A stretch of 64,000 nt of DNA from Eledone cirrhosa (lineage: Eukaryota): the NCBI GenBank assembly GCA_964016885.1, contig OZ024748.1, forward strand, positions 13,826,001 to 13,890,000, given 5' to 3'. The notes under the pieces are model-generated. The model saw only the letters and a list, made by a program, of their open reading frames with translations. It did not search any database and was not told the origin of the DNA. Positions 56,424 to 64,000 of the stretch are shown here, in pieces (position 1 is the first letter of the stretch; the number at the start of each line of letters is the position of its first letter). The position numbers and the translations under genes were made by a program.

Positions 56424-56602
56424 CGTTATTATATTTATTATTACTACTACTGTTGTGTTTACTTTAATAAATGTTACAGTTGTTATTTATATAACTTTCC
56501 TTCGACTTCGTTTTCTCCTACCTTCCCCATCCCTTCATCCTCCTCCTTCTTCTTCATCGTCATCATCATCACCTTCTTCTTCAACTATTATCCTCATTAT
56601 TG

Positions 56603-56995
56603 GGTGGTAGATTTGCAGTATCTTCAAAGCTTTGTCCACCCCTCTTTGTGGCATAGAGATCTGGGCCTTTACGTTCTGAGTTTAAATCCCACCGAAGTTA
56701 GCTTTGCCTTTCATCCATATTTGGCAGATGAAACAAAGTACCAGTCACATACAGGGGTCGATTTAATAGACGTTCCTTTCCCAAAAAATTACTGGCCTTG
56801 TGCCTAAATCAGAAACCGGTGGATTGGCAGTATCGGTAGAGAGTCGGATACCATGCTTTGAGTTACGGCCCTTTCCATTCTGAGTTCAAACCCCGCCGAG
56901 GTCAACTTTGCCTTTCATCCTTACGAGGTCGATAAAATAAAGTACCAGTAATGCACTGGTGAATTGCTGGCCTTGTGCCAAAAGTAGAAACAATT
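56603..56995 (+). mobile_element. Two tandem Nin-SINE copies
   Basis: Old long variant followed by a younger short variant. Confidence 0.88.
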
Positions 56996-58121
56996 AGTAT
57001 TGCTATTATTGCTGTTATTTCATAACAATAATAGTAATAAACACATTGATTCTTCCTTCTTTTCTTTGAAGCTCTAACATTTTTGATAATTCTTTTGGCT
57101 TCTGAACTTCCACTGTATTTTCTTCTTCTTCGTATTCTTATTCTTTTCCTTCTTTTTCATCATCATTATCATCATAAGCATCACCAATATCCTCGCAAAT
57201 ATCTTTAAACACCACCAACATCACAAACACCATCAGCATCACCAATATCATCATCAACATAGGCCTTATCTTACTCATCTCTGCCGTTTTCTTTTTCATC
57301 GTGTATTCTCTCTCCCTTCTATGCTCCCTCTTTTACACCTAATGTTTCTCTGGCGTTTTATTGATCTCTCTCTCCCTCTCTCTCTCTATCTCTCTCCCCC
57401 CTCTTTCAGTTGGTCTGTCCGACAATCTATCTGTATGCCTGTCTCTCCTTTTTTCCCCTTCTGTCTCTCTTTTACACCCAATTTTCTCGCACCTTTTCTT
57501 TCTAATATGATGTACTCTCTCTCTCTCTCTCTCTCTCTTCCACCTTCTCTTATCTCTTCCTGGTCTCTCTGCCTCTTGACTCCCCCTCTTAGTCTGTCTG
57601 CCTATATTTCTACACCCTTCTCTCTCTCTTTAACTCCCTTTATCTTTCTCTATCTATTTATCTCTTACACACTCTCACTTCAAATATGACTCCCCAGAGC
57701 TTACGATCTTAATGACCTCAACATTGTCTTCATATTTTCTGCATTATCTCAATTTGTTAATCACTTTTCTTTTAAATTCAGTTATCTCAATGTTTTCACC
57801 CAAAGGATAGAGGAGAGACTTTCTTAAAACTTCTTTGTCGGGTCTCGATTTCCCCCGTGGCGAATGTTTTAAACAAAATTCATTTGAAAATTTTCTTTTG
57901 ATGTCTTTACAAAAACAAACTCCGAAAAATTATTCAATGATCATAATAAATGAAGTATTAATATGGCAGCGGCGTGTAATGTAACTTGACTAGCATGAAA
58001 GAAAACTTAGTTTCAATAATACAGATACATACAGGCGTGTGTGTATATATATATATATATAATATAACCCACATACACGCTCACACACATACAAAACCAC
58101 ACACACACATACAAAACCACA

Positions 58122-58220
<99 letters not shown>

Positions 58221-58253
58221 TATAACCCACATACACTCTCACACATAACCATT

Positions 58254-58342
<89 letters not shown>

Positions 58343-59564
58343 GTTAAACAATGGAAGAATGAGATATGGTGAAGTATTTATTTAATCCATTGTTTACGTT
58401 CGTTCCAGTACAAACTTATTTAAAGTATATATGCAACTTCATAGCATTATCCACGATAATATATTGTTTCTAAAGGAATGTGAGAGCGAATAAGAACATG
58501 TTATTTAAACGTGTTAGTACTAGCGCTTATGTATACCGGAGTTATATTTTTTCAAAAACAAATTTCACTTTGGATAAAGATGCTAACATCAACATTATGT
58601 CCATGAATTGTCCATGAATAATACCTTCATTGAATATAAAACTAACGATTAAATATCACGTATATATGTATTATGGACACTTATGGCCGATTATTGAAAC
58701 AAATATTGAAGTAGAAGTTAAGTGGAAATATCCAAGAGTAAGAGCACTCAGTTCGTAGGACGAGTTTAGTATAAACTAGCAGAATGGCCCGACATTGCTC
58801 GGGATTTGCTCTAGGGTTCTTATATATTTGATATATATTTATCCTTATCGAGCTTCGTGAAATAAATACGTTTGTTTATATTTTGTTATTGCGTATGCAA
58901 AAGTATCTGTACACGAATATATAATTATATATATATATATATATATTAGCTCTAGACCTAGTTATTGACCAGTTAATTTTATTGATCATTTTTTGTCAAT
59001 TCTATTGACTGATGAATAGCTCCTGTTTATTTTAACATGTCTATTGAGCACTCTGATTCGATATGTGATATTTTGTACCCCTACTTGATTTCCACATTAC
59101 CGAAAATTTGTTCGCTAATATAGAGGTTATCTCCCTTGCTGGGCATCATGTGCGTGTCTGGCTAAAGGTCACTTCTTTATTATCGGACGGAACCCGTTGA
59201 TAAAGCTCTTCCGGTCCAGTCCTTCTCTAGAGGTCTTATATATTTTTATGTGGGCTGATAGTGAACGGATTAAGGAATTGCAGAAACCCAAGAAGCTAGA
59301 TTTAACACCCTTCTAGCGGGTCCGGGTAAGTTTTTTACATTCATTTAAATTATTGATTTATTGATATTTTATTTGAGTGACCCGAATCTTCCTGGTGGTT
59401 CTTTTTCGGCTGCACGGGTGATTTTAGGCATAATCTCTATGTGTTAGTAATTTAACGATTGTTATAGCTCTGATTTATCCAAATTATTGAGCCCTCTGCC
59501 ACTCATATCCGATATTGTTTATCGTTAATTCGTGAGCTGATTTTCCGATACTCGATTATTCTAT

Positions 59565-59600
<36 letters not shown>

Positions 59601-59999
59601 ATATATTAAAATAACAGATTATGGTCTAAGCAAAGAATCGCTGCTTTCACCCTTAACGGGATCTTCTGAAACTAAAAAAATCAATCTATGAACGCAGAAG
59701 TAAATATTTCGAAAAATGTTACACACTATATATACATATACATACACACACATATAGCGACGTCATAATGTCGTAATGCAGACAGCCAGACATACAGACA
59801 AATATTATAAGGGCGCAACGTTATATCTATGTATCTATCTAAAAAGAAAGACTAAGAATTATAGAGAGAGATCGCTAAATCGCCTAATGCGGTCCCTAGA
59901 GCATTGAAAATTTGTATCATACAGGTTCCAAGAATTCACAAATTATTATATTCGCAAAAAAAGGAGTGAGATGACATTTGAAAAGATATGTATTTGATT

Positions 60000-60034
<35 letters not shown>

Positions 60035-61073
60035 AATAGTAATGGCTTCTACAGAACAAAAACTGGGGTCAGTTGGGACAAATCATCAGGAAACCGACTG
60101 TCCAAGTAATGTGGTGGTATTTATACCTTTTCAGGTGGTAGGAGAGGGTGGTATTGGGATGGGTGGAGGTCAATATTTGATGGATTTAAAAAAACTATAT
60201 TTAGAGTAACAAAGGCAGAAAGAAATTCACACTGTCTGGAGGCACTCCCGATTTTTAAGGTACATTTAATCCAACAAAAAAATATATATATACATGCGCG
60301 TCTGTGTGTTGCATTTGTGTGTGTGCGTGCGTGTGTATTTGTTTGTGTATGTAATTTACATGCGTCTGTGTACATATACTTATGAACAGGATTGTAGTTG
60401 AAACAAATACTTTATTCCTATGCAGGAGAGGATAAGAAGGTTTTAGCGATGTTTAATGATGTTCTTGCCGAGAACATTTTCATTTCATGTTTTCTTTTTT
60501 CTGTCAGGAATAAGTTTCATTTTGATCCAGTTCTAAAGAAAATCTCTGTATTCCTAATAGTAGTAATAATAATGCCAGAGAGCTTTACATTTTTGTTATT
60601 CTTATTTACACCAAACAATTCCTGGTTAACCGATTTTACTTCAGGATTTGTGTTTGAAAGACGTGACGATTTTCTCTGGTGTGTAACAAAACATGCTTCT
60701 ATTTACGGACCAATTTGGTTTTGTTTTAAATTCTCGTTCCTTACTCTGAAATATTATCAAACACATCTGACTGTGAAGCAATATTGACGTAAAACATATA
60801 TATATAAGTATATAAAAAAATAGTCAAAAAGGAAAAGAAAACTATGAAAAAGGCTAAAGGGATCTTCTCTCAGAATAACATCAAAACATTTATTTACAAA
60901 ATAGGGATTTCTGCATTTAATTGTACCGGTTTCAGCTTATATGCTTTTTCAATGACGGAAGTGTATAATGCAATTTAATTCTACATTAATAAGAATAATA
61001 AGAATATGGAGAAAAAAATTTGTTTTTACATAGATATTTAGGGAGAAAAGTTCACATTTATATATATACATAT

Positions 61074-61275
61074 AATCAGTAACAACAGTGACATATAGAG
61101 CCACTTAAGTTTCGTTGTGATATTTACCCCCAAAATCATTCGGCCTGATAAAATAAGAATGGCTGAATGTGTTGTAAACAACCTAACGAAACTTAAATAT
61201 CTCGATATATCACTATCGTAATTGATTGCACTGAACTCGTCCTATAGAATAAGTGATGTAATATCTTGGATATTT
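61074..61275 (+). mobile_element. Fold-back element family E, diverged copy
   Basis: TTAAGTTTCGTT..CATTCGGCC / GGCTGAATG..AACGAAACTTAA inverted arms and shared tail. Confidence 0.6.
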
Positions 61276-61347
61276 AGGCCACGTTTGTACTACAATATAT
61301 ATATATATATATATATTATTATCATTATTATTATTATTATTATTATT

Positions 61348-61455
61348 CGAATCCAGCCGAGGTTAACTTTGCCTATCATCCTTACGGAGTCGATAAAATA
61401 AAGTACCAGTAATGCACTGGGTAATTGCTGGCCTTGTGCCAAAAAGTAGAAACAA
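61348..61455 (+). mobile_element. 5'-truncated Nin-SINE
   Basis: Family consensus. Confidence 0.88.
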
Positions 61456-62241
61456 TTATTATTATTATTATATTTATTTTCATAATATACTCTTTTCACG
61501 ATTGAGCACACAGTTTTCCTTTTTCCTTTTCACATCTACAGATATTGCTACATAAGTGTATATATATATTCTTGCGACATAAGTGTATATATATATTCTC
61601 GCTGATTTTATATTTGTATTAATCTCCCGAGTCTTACAATTAACCTGTTAATAATTCTATTGACAGATTAATTGCATAATTTTATTTTAAAACTACCCGG
61701 TTGAGTGCTTATTCGATTTGTGCTATTTATGCAAATTTTTGCATGATTTACACATACTGAATTCATTTCCCAAAATCTGGGGTTTTTCCCCTTGTGAGTT
61801 ACGCATGTGCCTTTACAAAGCTCTGCGTCATTCATAAAGTTTACGCAGAACAAAGTACCTGTTGATAACGTGATATTCCTTGTTCGATCATTATGCCAAA
61901 AGCTTACAGTTTTAAGCAGACAGTATTATTGATTTAGGTGTCATAGAAACCCTGCATTTGGATTTTACCATCAATTCCAATGGGTCCTGGACGGTTATAT
62001 ATGTGTATATGTATATATATATATATGATTTTATCATTTATTTTTTTTTTACCTGTTTAGCTTGACTTCTTTTTTGGCTTCGGTGGTCTTGACCACTTTT
62101 TCAGTTTGTGTGGCGTTTTAACATATATGTTTAGCTCTGGTTTTTTAACTATAGTGCGCTTGCTAGCATAACTCTGATTTTGCGTTTCGTTTCGCTTTTT
62201 CTACCCGCCGAAATGCGATTGTCGCTGAATTTATATGTATA

Positions 62242-62323
<82 letters not shown>

Positions 62324-62327
<4 letters not shown>

Positions 62328-62570
62328 GAGAGTAAAACAAAGAATCCTTCAATACATCAAAAGTCTTTATTAGCCGACAATGTTTCGTCCTATTAAGGAC
62401 TCATCAGGGCAATTCAAACAACAAGAAGTAATAACGGCAGATGCAAGCCAGAAGCTCCGAAGAATATGGAGTGTACATATACTAAAGTATTGCAGAAATA
62501 TATAATAAATATATATTCGGCTAATAAAGACTTTTGATGTATTGAAGGCTTCTTTGTTTTACTCTCTTAA
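62324..62570 (-). mobile_element. Penelope-like remnant with 54-bp inverted repeats (62324-62377 / 62517-62570)
   Basis: 53/54 match by eye; (TA)n on the left, a ~60-bp extension then (TA)n on the right. Confidence 0.8.
62369..62413 (-). ncRNA. Type I hammerhead ribozyme motif, apparently intact
   Basis: AUU-GCC-CUGAUGA-GUCCU-UAAU-AGGAC-GAAA-CA-U-UG-UC^GGC-U-AAU; GUC cleavage triplet. Confidence 0.8.
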
Positions 62571-62669
62571 TTTTTCGGCTCTGTTTAACTACATTGAGCT
62601 ATATCCTTTTACTGTTATTTCTATAATACGAAGAGGGTGTTTAACTCCAACACGCTCCAGTATTTTAAC

Positions 62670-62749
<80 letters not shown>

Positions 62750-63534
62750 AGATGGATACAGTATGAAAATGGTTGGGCCATTACTCACCCGAGCACTCGA
62801 TACTCGGTGTAGTAAAGTAAGGTCATATGAAAGAGTCACATATATATATATATATGTGTGTGTGTGGGTGTGTGTGTGTGTGGTAGATAATAGATTAAGC
62901 ATGCAATGAATTGAGTCTACCAATCTACACAAGACGAGGCTCTACATACAGACTCTGTGTGTAGAATTAATCTCAGAAATGTATTTCTTGAACAACGAGG
63001 ACACAACTAATGACACGAGAGCCACCTGCTCCCAAAATTCGATACAGATCACACGAGAGCACACCTGGAACCTCGGAGTTACGAAGCAAATCATCTTAAC
63101 CACAGAGAAATAGGAAATATTCAAATTATTCTTTGGGTTTTTTTATTTTATTTTATGTTTTATTTTCTTTTTTTTATTGTGTTGATTTTTGTGTTATGTT
63201 TTTTTCCAAAGATTTGCAAAAGATTTTCATCAGCCGTCTTTAATAAATTAGAACACGTTTTCACCTAGAAGAAGTGCTGAGAATACATTTGTGTTAATCA
63301 GATGAAAGACAGGTTGTTAGAAGAGAGAGAGAGAACGAGAAAAAAAATGGAATAGAATGCAATACTGTGATCAATATCAAGTGATTGCATAGAAGAAAAA
63401 TATATATATTTTTTATTCCTATTGCTATTGGACCGCACATTACACAGACTAACACACATACACACGTGTGTGTCTGGCCATGAAATATACTGGTGATAGA
63501 AATTATGTTACGCTTCAATGACTGGCTGCTGATA

Positions 63535-63633
63535 ACAACAACAATAATAATATTAATAATGATAATACTACTAATAATTATAATGATAATACTACTCCTA
63601 CTACTACTACTACTACTAATGATGATGATGATG

Positions 63634-63691
<58 letters not shown>

Positions 63692-63693
63692 TA
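63535..63693. repeat. Compound (AAT)n/(TAC)n/(GAT)n microsatellite
   Basis: Directly visible. Confidence 0.95.
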
Positions 63694-64000
63694 ATGGTGC
63701 TTTCTAGATTGAGCAATAGGGTGATAACAATTTGGGTTAAATTTTTCGATTATGGAATAATCTGGAAAACATATGCTACAGCAACAAGCATTATCTAAAG
63801 GTATAATATATGATCTTGCAGTAGTGCATGTATAGATATGGAATCTAGTATGAAGCTTTGAATGTATTATTGCCTGCTCTGCTACTACTACTACTACTAC
63901 TACTACTACTGCTGGTGACACCCAATCACCACCAGCTCTACTACTACCACTACTAGAACCAATACTACAACTACTACCACCATGACCATCACCACTAATA

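Noticed and set aside
60398-60787. 129-aa plus-strand ORF
   Set aside because: TTG start, no recognisable domain and no splice support

Overview
AT-rich eukaryotic genomic DNA, most likely from an octopus. This is inferred from the tRNA-headed Nin-domain and CORE-type SINE families and the very dense (TA)n/(CA)n/(GA)n microsatellites. Almost every entry in the supplied ORF track is a microsatellite or SINE artefact, and there is no long conserved CDS, rRNA, bona fide tRNA or CRISPR array. Supported content: about 35 SINE copies, often in tandem arrays; 3'-end fragments of RTE-type and L1/Tx1-type LINEs, one with a ~85-bp target-site duplication; a pogo/Tigger-like MITE; an 11x75-bp minisatellite; and several long palindromes. 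Two things stand out. (1) About ten type-I hammerhead ribozyme motifs, three apparently intact, lie in short Penelope-like elements inserted in (TA)n. Several of these elements are fold-back hairpins whose apex or end falls at or next to the ribozyme core. (2) There are locally duplicated segments carrying short, fast-diverging phase-1 terminal exon candidates, some with RxxR sites, a C-terminal Gly or up to 8 Cys, plus one signal-peptide-like first exon. Together these suggest a cluster of small secreted-peptide genes and pseudogenes. All calls were read by eye, repeat boundaries are approximate, and gene calls are hypotheses.
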